In this document: positions 36,423 through 47,034 of the stretch, piece after piece
Layout of the letters: each line of letters begins with the position of its first letter
Position numbering within the stretch: position 1 is the first letter of the stretch
Assembly: GCA_002269645.1 (NCBI GenBank)
Contig: NIVC01001518.1
Location: 1 to 64,000, forward strand
Origin: Macrostomum lignano
Lineage: Eukaryota
Length of the DNA stretch: 64,000 nucleotides
Direction of reading: 5' to 3'
Notes under the pieces: generated by a model
The model's input: the letters and a program-made list of their open reading frames with translations, nothing else
Told to the model about the DNA's origin: nothing
Databases searched by the model: none
Program-made: the position numbers and the translations under genes

Positions 36423-38409
36423 CTGACAAATAACTTGACTATTTGTCTGGAAACAGGAATGTTCGTTCTGTTCTTTTCATTTCTCTAACCTGGTAATATT
36501 TATCAGTTTTTATATATAATTCTGCGTTGCACCAATTTAACTACCAAAGTGAGAGATATTAATAAGTTCAAGCAGATAGTACCATTCTGACATCGCCCTC
36601 ACCCACAGTTAAGCATGTGAATTCTTTTCATTTCGGGTGACAACAGATTCTTTGAGAAAACAGGTTCTTCAAAAGTGCCTAATTCTTAGTGGCCTTAGTT
36701 TAATCTAAATATTACGACCCTGGAATCTAGCGTAAAACTTGAATATATGAATATATGAATTGAGAATTGGGTCCTAATTCCAGAATTGAGCAAGCAAATT
36801 TACGGGAAGCTTTCCATTGTCCGCAATAAAACAAATTTCTCAACCAATTTGAGCATCTTTATGGGCTTCAACTTTCTATTTCTAGCTTATACTGCATTGA
36901 TAAAATAGTTGAAGTTATGTCATTTCATTTCACTTATCTTTGGTCACTTATTCCTTGTAAAATTGTCACATTCCGCATTGTCACAGAGGCTCAGACTCAG
37001 AACCCAGTCCCCATCCCACCCCACCCCTATTCTAGTGACTATAGTAGTGCTTGATACAGTTGATTGATAGTCCTACTGTCCTTCATTCTATAACTTCATT
37101 CTCAGGATGCAAAAATTCTCTCAAAACTGTTAAGTGTGCTAATTACTGCAAGACGAAATTAATATTCACTTCTGTAAAGTGTAAATTCCAATCCCCTGAT
37201 TTTGCAGTCAACACAATTTATCGTTATATCGCCTTAAGTGTAAGTTTGCTCTCTCACGCTAACTTGAATTTTAAGTTGCGCAAATTAAAATTGCTGTAAA
37301 ATATGCTATACCGTACGAATCATCACCGTATTGATAAAACAAATAAAAATTGCTCATCTTTTTCTCTTTGTTAGGTCGATCTTTATAACCGAATGTTTCT
37401 CCCAAATTTTTTTATTTACTTGAGCCGCATATTATGCGAATTCCAAGCTGTTGATGCCTTCGCTTTGTTATATTTTTCGTCCTTTATTTTCCAGTCTACG
37501 GGTGGTTTTAAAAATAGTTGCTTAGGAACGTATTTGATTTTTGTTGAAATCGTAGCTGTGTACGAAGTAATAACTAACATTATATTTATTATTTGCGCTG
37601 TCAATAATAATTTAGGATTACTTTCAATATTTCATTTTCATTGGGAAATTTACGAATTCCAAGCGACTTAAAAACAGTCAAGTTCCCGTTATATTACGCT
37701 GTAAGGATTTACTGTGCATGTGTGGCAGGCGGGTTGCCACCTTTGCTTATTAATTTTGTCTGTTATTTGTTAAGAAAATTTAATATTTTTTTCTGCGAAA
37801 TTAATCTGTGCTCCAACCCCGGAAATTTTGCGTTTTTTTTCAACCCTTGTTTATCACGTTATCATCCGGGCCGTTGGCCCGTTGACCCGTCATCGTCCCA
37901 GTTTTGTTTTCTCTATTTTCCCATCTACAGTGTATGGCCTGTTGTTCCCCACATTAGATTTTTTTCACCGATTTTGTCATTGTTTCTGCGTAAAGTTTGC
38001 TACTGTCCAACCCTTTGTCCACCCCTTGTCCCGTTGCCCATCCAAGCCCTGCCCCATCTGTTGAAAATTTCATTTATAACAATATTTATACGTTTGCCTC
38101 AAACGCTTCTGCCGTTATACGCGTGCTGGTAACCTTCCCTCCTTGTTTGCGCTATCTTTAATTTTTGTTCTTTTTACGCCGCAACTTATCCAGTCTTAGT
38201 GGTACCGCTCGCCATGAATTTTGTCCGTCCTATAAAAAATATTTATCTGCCTGCTCGACCATCTGTTAAGCTAATTAATATTCAGCCAACTACAATAATA
38301 ACCATCAACCATATTTATTTTAATTAATGAATTAATTAAGCCCATAGCCTATTTTGAGTTCTTTGCCCGCGGGGCGTAAAACAACCAAACAGTTCTCAAC
38401 TCAAAGAAA

Positions 38410-38490
38410 GCTCTGAGACTATATTCGTCTGAGACGAGAATTACGGTGGTGGCAGCTTTCTACCCTACTGATAGTAATCGGCTAAGCATA
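38410..38490 (+). other. Short patchy similarity to the 28S rRNA 3' region (not an rRNA gene)
   Basis: CGTCTGAGACGAG..AGCTTTCTACCCTACTGAT.AGTAATC resembles 28S CGTCGTGAGACAG..AGTTTTACCCTACTGAT..GGTAATCC as I recall it; the sarcin-ricin loop is absent. Confidence 0.3.
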
Positions 38491-38772
38491 TTCGACGCAC
38501 ATATTGTCTTCGGTGTCAGAGACCCGATTTGAACGACCGTGCCTGTTAAACGACCGCTTGACCACGACCGCAGCCAAGCTCCCCCCGGAATTGAGGACCC
38601 CGGTAGCCGGAGTATAACAGGAGAAAATTCGTTGTAATTCGTCTGCGCGACTTTCCGGAATTATTCGTGCGAATACAACGCCGGCGGAAATTCAAAGTTT
38701 CCAAACCGCCCCGATTTTGGTGTCAGCAAACGACAGCTTCCAAAAAAAATTATTTTCTCTGCCCCGTGCCTC

Positions 38773-39078
38773 ACATGTATAACGCTGAAAATCGAATAAA
38801 TTGTTATTTTTACTTTATAATTTTATCTTAACTTAGTTGCTTAAAGCATAAAAACATATATACTGAAACGTTATAGGAGTGTAGCTTACTTGGCTATTGA
38901 TCCCGCAATCATCAGGACGTTTGTTTAAAGTTAGTTTTTGTTAAAACTATGGATCCATTCAGCAAGCGCAAAAGAACAAACAAATGGACCCAACAACCAA
39001 CGAGTGGCTAATAGTCGGTGTCAATGCTTATACGTGCCAAGAGCCAAGAGAAAATGTTTTAAGATCGGATCACAGCTA
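38773..39078 (+). repeat. About 310-bp dispersed repeat, copy 2
   Basis: Colinear with 26875-27186. Confidence 0.8.
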
Positions 39079-39299
39079 TAGAAAACTCTATTGCATCTCC
39101 ATTTCTTTATTTGGATAATTTTCTTCTTAATTTAATTCAGAGAATGTAAGACAAAGTATTCAATTTATAAACTGTCAATGATAGAATAACGATTTATAAT
39201 AAAACTAGGGTAGCTACTCACCCTGAACTGAATGCTTAATCAATCATATTTAAATAAGTTGGCACGGTTAGGTACCTGGCTTTGGCCTTGAATGGACTA

Positions 39300-39545
39300 A
39301 ATACATCCGCCTCCGCCCTCTATCCACCCTCAACATCCGCCCTCTACATCCGCCCTCTACATCCACCTTCTACATCCGCCCTCTACATCCGCCCTCTACA
39401 TCCGCCCTCTACATCCGCCCTCTGCATCCGCCCTCTACATCCGCCCTCTACATCCGCCCTCTACATCCGCCCTCTACATCCACCCTCTACATCCTCCCTC
39501 TACATCCACCCTCTACATCCGCCCTCTACATCCGCCCTCTCCCTC
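39300..39545. repeat. 13-bp minisatellite (CCCTCTACATCCG)
   Basis: Direct units; same family as 42545-43575. Confidence 0.9.
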
Positions 39546-39729
39546 CCTCTCTCCTTCCGCATTCTCATTCTCTCTCTTCTGATGGCAGGTGGTGAAGCGG
39601 ACCCTCCGGGAGGCTGCTGAGTGCTAATTTATTGATTTGTTTTTCCTACAAGACTATTTATAGCCACACGCACTCCCGTCGAGAGGTTGCCTTAGATACA
39701 CACCAGAGGCAATAAATCTGGAAGTAGAT

Positions 39730-39900
39730 GACTGTAGTTTACTGTAATTTCCTGTAGTTTACTGTAATTTACTGTAGTTTCCAGAAATTTCCTGTATTTC
39801 CTGTATTTCCTGTAATTTCCTGTAATTTCCTGTATTTCCTGTAATTTCCTGTAGTTTCCTGTAATTTCCTGTAATTTCCTGTAATTTACTGTAGTTTACG
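39730..39900. repeat. ~10-bp tandem repeat (TTTCCTGTAA)
   Basis: Direct units. Confidence 0.85.
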
Positions 39901-40342
39901 AATTGGAGAAATCCGAATTGTTGTTTTTCATAATTTTAATTATCATACCGCTTAATTACAATAAATCCATAGCAGGATTACTGAGCAGTCATCAAAGAAG
40001 ACGTGTCTCTGACTGCCTTTGCAATGCATTCTGATTCTGAAATGTGACTGCATGTGATTCTGATGGCCGTGGCTGCTTCAAAAATCCTTCTTTATATATT
40101 AGAGCTTCATCAGCTGGGATGTACTATTGGACAAAATTTACGTCCCCTACTTTGATGTCAGTTCTGAGGCTCTGATAGAACATATTTCACACTTTTATTT
40201 GTCACCGATTATCCCAAATAGCTACCTTCGAAAAAGTAAAAAAATTTGATATAGAAGCTCGCTTGCGCTTTTCTACAATTCTTTTCTGGTAAAGGACTCG
40301 ATGGAATTACATGTAAAATCCTAAACACTATTATCCTAAACC

Positions 40343-40493
<151 letters not shown>

Positions 40494-40689
40494 GAAATTG
40501 AAGCAACATGTATGCCGAAGGCCTGCTAGCACATACTAGCTGTGGCGTCTGTGTGTCTTTGTCTGTCTTTCAGCGCTCCAGTTGACAGGATGTATAAACT
40601 GGCATCGCATGGATCCCATGAGCTCATGAGCCCAAAGCACTTCAGTCTCGCGGTTGCGCAGTGCATGGGCAACCGCCAATTCCATTGAC

Positions 40690-40905
40690 TGTTGGGATGC
40701 TGTTGGGGTGCTGTTGGGGTGCTGTTGGGGTGCTGTTGGGGTGCTGCTGGGGTGCTGTTGGGGTGCTGTTGGGGTGCTATTGGAGTGCTGTTGGAGTGCT
40801 GTTGTGGTGCTGTTGGGGTGCTGTTGGGGTGCTGCTGGGGTGCTGTTGGGGTGCTGTTGGGGTGCTGCTGGGGTGCTGCTGGGGTGCTGTTTTAGTGCTG
40901 TTGGG
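40690..40905. repeat. 11-bp minisatellite (GGGGTGCTGTT)
   Basis: Direct. Confidence 0.9.
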
Positions 40906-41284
40906 GTGCATATTAGAAGTTATTGAAGAGGATTTGCGCTTTACCTAAAACAATTTACCTGAGAGAACGGGGGTTGAGAGTTGGAGAGATTGAGAGTCAG
41001 GCCCGCAGACCTGCAGATCCGCTTGATATGTTTGAATGTACATTACTTCCAATGTACATCGCAAATTGCAACATGATTGTGCACACCAAAATATAAGATA
41101 GTTATTGAAAGTTTAAAAAGCCCCGAGACAATTATTAACGCAGTATAAATGACGGAACCGGCACTCGGCAGTCTGTTAAAGTTTCCACCCCGAAACCAAT
41201 TGGTCAACTGCTCTCAGATCTCAGCTGTGGAGTGATGCAATTGCGTCACAATGTGAAAGTTTAACCTGTCTAAGACTCGTGGGG

Positions 41285-41695
41285 AATCGCTGAGGTGTCA
41301 ATTGGCTAACGGGGGAATTGCTGAGGTGTCAATTGGCTAACGGGGGAATTGCTGAGGTGTCAATTGGCTAATGGGGGAATTGCTGAGGTGTCAATTGGCT
41401 AATGGGGGAATTGCTGAGGTGTCAATTGGCTAATGGGGAAATTGCTGAGATGTCAATTGGCTAATGGGGGAATTGCTGAGATGTCAATTGGCTAATGGGG
41501 AAATTGCTGAGATGTCAATTGGCTAATGGGGGAATTGCTGAGATGTCAATTGGCTAACGGGGGAATTGCTGAGATGTCAATTGGCTAATGGGGGAATTGC
41601 TGAGATGTCAATTGGCTAATGGGGGAATTGCTGAGATGTCAATTGGCTAATGGGGGAATTTCTGAGGTGTCAATAGGCTAATGGGGAAATTGCTG
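41285..41695. repeat. 31-bp minisatellite (GGGGGAATTGCTGAGRTGTCAATTGGCTAAT)
   Basis: Direct units. Confidence 0.92.
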
Positions 41696-42544
41696 GAATT
41701 CTGTGGCTCATGGGTGCTGCTGAGATGCCAAGGGTCAATTCAGAGTTGTTGGTTGGCCAAGAATCAAAAGGAGGGCTAGGTGTAAGCCATGACTTAAAGA
41801 GAGGCTTTGATGCCAAGGCTAGCTAGATACTTTCAGAAGTGACGCTAATTTTCTTTGAGCATCATATTTTTCTGAAGAAAACTAGCGATGGTGACTTCAA
41901 AAGCATGCAGACTTGGCGGGCATTACAGCCTTGATGGGGACGAGAGTCTGGGATGAATTTCTCTTCTCATTGAATTATGAGTTATACCTCTGGATTTGCT
42001 GAGTGATTTTGACAAATGATTTGGCCCGGGCCGGCGCCCCCAGTTTCCCTCCCGCATCCCTCTCTGGACTCTCAAGCCCCAGTCCGACGGCCGTCCCACG
42101 GGCAGCCCCTGCCGCCAGAGGCGATGCGGGCGGCAGTCGCAGCTCCGGGCCGGCGCTCCCGCAGCCCGCATGCAAAGTCAGGCAGGGAGGCCGTGCGGCC
42201 GCCCGCAGCAACTGCAGCGGCTCTGCCGCCATCAGCTGCGCCTCAGCCTCCAAGCCGGGCCAGCAGAGCCTTCGAATGCAGCCCCGCTGTGCATGCAGTG
42301 AGCTGCAGTCAGCTGCAAGGCCTCCGCACCGCCTCTGAGAGAGGCATTCCCTGCTGAAAGCCAGAGCTACCTGGTTGCCATGGCGACCGCAGCTGCTGCA
42401 TAATTCAGACTCGGAGCTTTTATATTGGGCTCGCATCATGGCTCGTACTGGGGGACTGCGGACTGACTTGTGAAATTCCTGAGAGACCACAGCAGAGTCA
42501 GCTGAACTGGTGAGTCTGTTGAGCATGAGGCATGAGCTGGGATT

Positions 42545-43575
42545 CGGCCCTCTTCTTCCGCCCTCTACATCCGCCCTCTGCATCCGCCCTCTACATCCGC
42601 CCTCTACATCCGCCCTCTACATCCGCCCTCTACATCCTCCCTCTACATCCGCCCTCTACTTCCGCCCTCCCTCCACCCTCTACATCCGCCCTCTACATCC
42701 GCCCTCTACATCCACCCTCTACATCCGCCCTCTACATCCGCCCTCTACATCCTCCCTCTACATCCGCCCTCTACTTCCGCCCTCCCTCCACCCTCTACAT
42801 CCGCCCTCTACATCCGCCCTCTACATCCGCCCTCTACATCCTCCCTCTACATCCGCCCTCTACTTCCGCCCTCCCTCCACCCTCTACATCCGCCCTCTAC
42901 ATCCGCCCTCTACATCCGCCCTCTACATCCGCCCTCTGCATCCGCCCTCTACATCCGCCCTCCCTCCACCCTCTACATCCGCCCTCTACATCCGCCCTCT
43001 ACATCCGCCCTCTACATCCGCCCTCAACATCCGCCCTCTACATCCACCTTCTACATCCGCCCTCTATATCCGCCCTCTACATCCGCCCTCTACATCCACC
43101 CTCCCTCCACCCTCTACATCCGCCCTCTACATCCGCCCTCTACATCCACCCTCTACATCCGCCCCCTACATCCGCCCTCTACATCCGCCCTCCCTCCACC
43201 CTCTACATCCGCCCTCTACATCCGCCCTCTACATCCGCCCTCTACATCCGCCCTCTACATCCGCCCTCTACATCCTCCCTCTACATCCGCCCTCTACATC
43301 CGCCCTCTACATCCGCCCTACCTCCAACCCTCTACATCCGCCCTCTACGTCCGCCCTCTACATCCACCCTCTACATCCGCCCTCTACATCCGCCCTCTAC
43401 ATCCTCCCTCTACATCCTCCCTCTACATCCGCCCTCTACATCCGCCCTCTACATGTACATCCACCCTACCTCCAACCCTCTACATCCGCCCTCTACGTCC
43501 GCCCTCTACATCCGCCCTCTACATCCGCCCTCTACATCCGCCCTCTACATCCGCCCTCTACATCCGCCCTCTGTC
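42545..43575. repeat. ~1-kb 13-bp minisatellite (CCCTCTACATCCG) immediately upstream of the fibrinogen-related gene
   Basis: Direct; explains ORFs 42510 and 42532. Confidence 0.95.
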
Positions 43576-43606
43576 TCCGCCATCTTCCGGCGCCAAACCT
43601 GACATT

Positions 43607-43812
43607 CCACACTCAGACCAAATGCAGCTCCAACCCGACATTCCACACTCAGACCAAATGCAGCTCCAACCCGACATTCCACACTCAGACCAAATGCAGC
43701 TCCAACCCGACATTCCACACTCAGACCAAATGCAGCTCCAACCCGACATTCCACACTCAGACCAAATGCAGCTCCAACCCGACATTCCACACTCAGACCA
43801 AATGCAGCTCCA
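43607..43812 (+). repeat. 36-bp tandem repeat spanning the start codon of the fibrinogen-related gene
   Basis: GACATTCCACACTCAGACCAAATGCAGCTCCAACCC x5 plus a partial; in-frame MQLQPDIPHSDQ units. Confidence 0.9.
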
Positions 43813-44832
43813 AGTCGCTCGTCAAGTCGCTCTGCTGCTGCTGCTGCTGGCTGCAGTGCTGCATCACGTGACCGAAGCCTCCGCCGACTCCGGGCAGATG
43901 TGGCAGTCGAGCCGCGAGAGCCTCCGACTACGAGGCCGTGAAGTCGCTGCCAGCCCGAGGCGAGTTTGAATGCGCGGTGGGTGCCAGCAGCGACTCCGCT
44001 GTGCAGCTGATGTCGTTCAGCGCCAGCTCCGGCCTGTGCGCTCACTTCAGGTGCCGCCTGGGCCTGAGCCACTGCAGCAAGTGCCGCAATGCGAACAAGG
44101 GAGCTCAGCGGGTGCGGGTGAGTCACTCAGTTGGACATGTCAGCGTTAACGCGGAGTAGAAGAACTGGCGCACCTGTGCACCTGTCACTTTGCAGACAGC
44201 CGGCAGTGACTGCTGGACCACCGTGCAGCACAGGCTGTCCGGCTCAGTGGACTTTTACCACAACTGGACTCAGTACCAGAGCGAGTTCGGCGAGGGACCC
44301 GACGGAAACTACTGGATCGGTGAGTGCATCCCGGATCTGCTGCATTCGCTTGCTTTTCCAGTTCGGATTTCAATGACAAACAGCGCCATGACGCCCGCAT
44401 CTTCCCAGGCCTGAACTCTCTCCACGCTCTCACTGCTTCTGCTCCTCGGAAGCTGAGGATCCTGATGAAGGCGTGGAACGACTCTGAGCACTGGGCCGAG
44501 TACTCCAGCTTCTCCGTGGGTCCCGAGTCCGACAACTACCGACTGAGCGTCTCCGGCTTCTCCGGCAGCGCCGGCATCGGCGACAGCCTCACCTACAGCA
44601 GCGGCATGCAGTTCACCACGAAGGACGCCGAGCACGACACCGATCCTACTGGCAACTGCGCAATCCGTTATAAAGGTGCCTGGTGGTTCAAAGACTGTTT
44701 CCACACCCACCCGAACGGAGAGTACAAAAACTCATCTGCTGCCATCGGAGGTGCTCATGCAGAAGAGTTATTTGGCATGGCAACTTTGGCGCTTACTACT
44801 CGCTGAAGGAGATCGAGATGCTGCTTCTGTAG
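43802..44832 (+). CDS. Secreted fibrinogen-related domain (FReD) protein with Cys-rich, possibly PAN-like, N-terminal region; exons 43802-44117, 44196-44319, 44409-44832; two apparent frameshifts (~43912, ~44766)
   Basis: Signal peptide '[18 protein letters not shown]'. FReD motifs '[30 protein letters not shown]', '[10 protein letters not shown]', '[24 protein letters not shown]'. After the -1 shift: '[18 protein letters not shown]'. Splice phases 0 and 1 are consistent. Confidence 0.8.
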
Positions 44833-45364
44833 CAGCACCAGCGTGATGGCAGAGAAGCTGCCGCTGCTGCAACCGCGAATTCGAGCGCTCAATCGGCTTC
44901 GAAGCAACTTTGACATTTCCTGAAATTTGTACAAACTGAAATATTCTGCTGCAGTGCGAGGACAGCGGCGAGATGAAGCGGTCGATGCTGATAATGAAAA
45001 TACACGAGCTCAGAATGTCCACCTTGAGAAAAATTAAAATTTCCGGATTAAAAATCAAATTCTACATTTTTTTAATTTCTTCAAATAAATTTCACCCGAT
45101 GTTGAGTCTCGCCTAAGTACAAGGACTCTATACTCTGAGATCCTGACCAGTTTCTCTGCAACACGCTGCATTAATATTATTATTATAGTGAGATGCGATG
45201 AGGCTGAGAATAGATTATGGTGAGATGCGATGAAGCTGAGAATAGATTTTGTTGGAATAAGCTGCCCATGATTTCATAAAGTGGAACATGTTCATTCTGA
45301 TTGACTGAACTGAGTTGTTTAAGCGCATTTCAATTTTCTGTTCTAGAGAGAGGGATGGGAGGTG

Positions 45365-45650
45365 GGAGTGAGGGAGGGAAAGAATGGGGAAGAAGATGGA
45401 GAGAGGGAGGGAAAGAATGGGGAAGAAGATGGAGAGAGGGAGGGAAAGAATGGGGAAGAAGATGGAGAGAGGGAGGGAAAGAATGGGGAAGAAGATGGAG
45501 AGAGGGAGGGAAAGAATGGGGAAGAAGATGGAGAGAGGGAGGGAAAGAATGGGGAAGAAGATGGAGAGAGGGAGGGAAAGAATGGGGAAGAAGATGGAGA
45601 GAGGGAGGGAAAGAATGGGGAAGATGGGACAAAGGGAGGGAAAGAATAGG
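45365..45650. repeat. 33-bp polypurine minisatellite (GAGAGGGAGGGAAAGAATGGGGAAGAAGATGGA)
   Basis: Direct; related to 55045-56520. Confidence 0.92.
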
Positions 45651-47034
45651 GAAAAAATCGCGCATTTTGAACAGTTTTTTTGCACTTTTAGGTAGGAAGA
45701 CTTGAGTTTAGGAAATTTTAAGGTAGCCTATGACACTTTCCGTAGTGAATTTAGGGCGGGTGCAAAATTTGGTGTAATTTGGTCGAGCGGTTTGGGAGTC
45801 CATAGTGAAGTACGAGGGTTGTCCCAGAAATAGCGGGAAAGACCGGTACAGAGGCTGACTGTGATATGCGAATTTGATGCAACTTGCGTCATAAGTAGAA
45901 AAAAATTCAACGATTGTTTTGCTTTTTAAATGGGGTAAAAATGTCAATTCATTCAAATGTTATGCCTATAATTAGAACAAGGGGTAGGGGGTAGAGTTAC
46001 TCCAAGTCGAGCCTAGTATGCTGACCATAGACTAAACTTTTGATGTTAAGTCAACACCATCGATTCGAAAACAAAAGCAAAGGAAGAAGCTGAAGAGAAA
46101 CAAAAAAGCACATAAGCTCTCGAAAAAAGAAGAAGCTAATTTGAAGCAGAAGCAGAAGCAGAACTTCTGCAGCAATTACTTCTCCACTTAGCAAGTACTC
46201 AATATTCACGTCTTGTACGCCAGGGCTTGTCCTTGGTTGTACTAAAACTTCACTTGCTTGTTGTACATCGGTCGTGTGACTTGATTGTTCATTTGATGAC
46301 AGTGTGAATTGGATTAATTTTAGTAAATTACGAGCGTACAAGTGACGAATAAATTATTGATTTGTTTAAATCGGCCCAATGCGGATGCGATTTGCAGACT
46401 GAAACAAACAAAAAGTGCTAATTCACGGTTTAAAGCAAAAACGGGAGCTGAAAGCAGTATATTGAATCATTCAATGGTCATCCCATTTACATGTGCATGC
46501 ATCTAAATTTATCACTATCATTTAAAAACTTCCAAAATTTGGCTTAATCCGGTTCGGCCTCAATAGCATAACTTGATCGGGCAGTCGCGGCCCTCCCCCT
46601 ATCCATCTCTCTCCCCTCGTGTCTCAGCTGCCGCCCCTTCACCCCTGCCCACTGACAATGCACTTGCTATGCCGAGCACGCAGCCACAGTCAGCTCTCAT
46701 TGTTTAACTCAGCAGAGCTCGCAGCATCTCACTGCTCCTGCATCTCTCACCCCGCTGAGCAGAGCAGCTGCCGGGCCCACTGGCACCCAACCAGGCCTCA
46801 GACACAACCGCTGGGTTAGAGAAGAGAATCGGCCTCAGTCCATTTAAACAAATTTCTCTGCACAGGGAGAGCTCAGAGATTTCAGTCCGTGACAGAGGGA
46901 CTTTTGCTGCTGCTGCTGAGCTGGCAGGCAAATTCGCTTGAAGAAGAGCAAAGCACTCAGTTTAAAGTCGTGTGGAACAGCTGCGGCAGACAGCAGATCG
47001 GCAGAGAAGCGCTGCTAGGAGAAGCTGTGTAGCC

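Noticed and set aside
38400-38530. Functional rRNA gene
   Set aside because: Only short interrupted motifs; no rDNA context.
41975-42480. GC-rich open frame with splice-like signals on the minus strand
   Set aside because: Could be an exon, but I recognise no domain and cannot link it to a gene model.
42510-43602. Long Pro/Ser-rich ORFs (453 and 356 aa)
   Set aside because: Translation of a 13-bp minisatellite, open in several frames.
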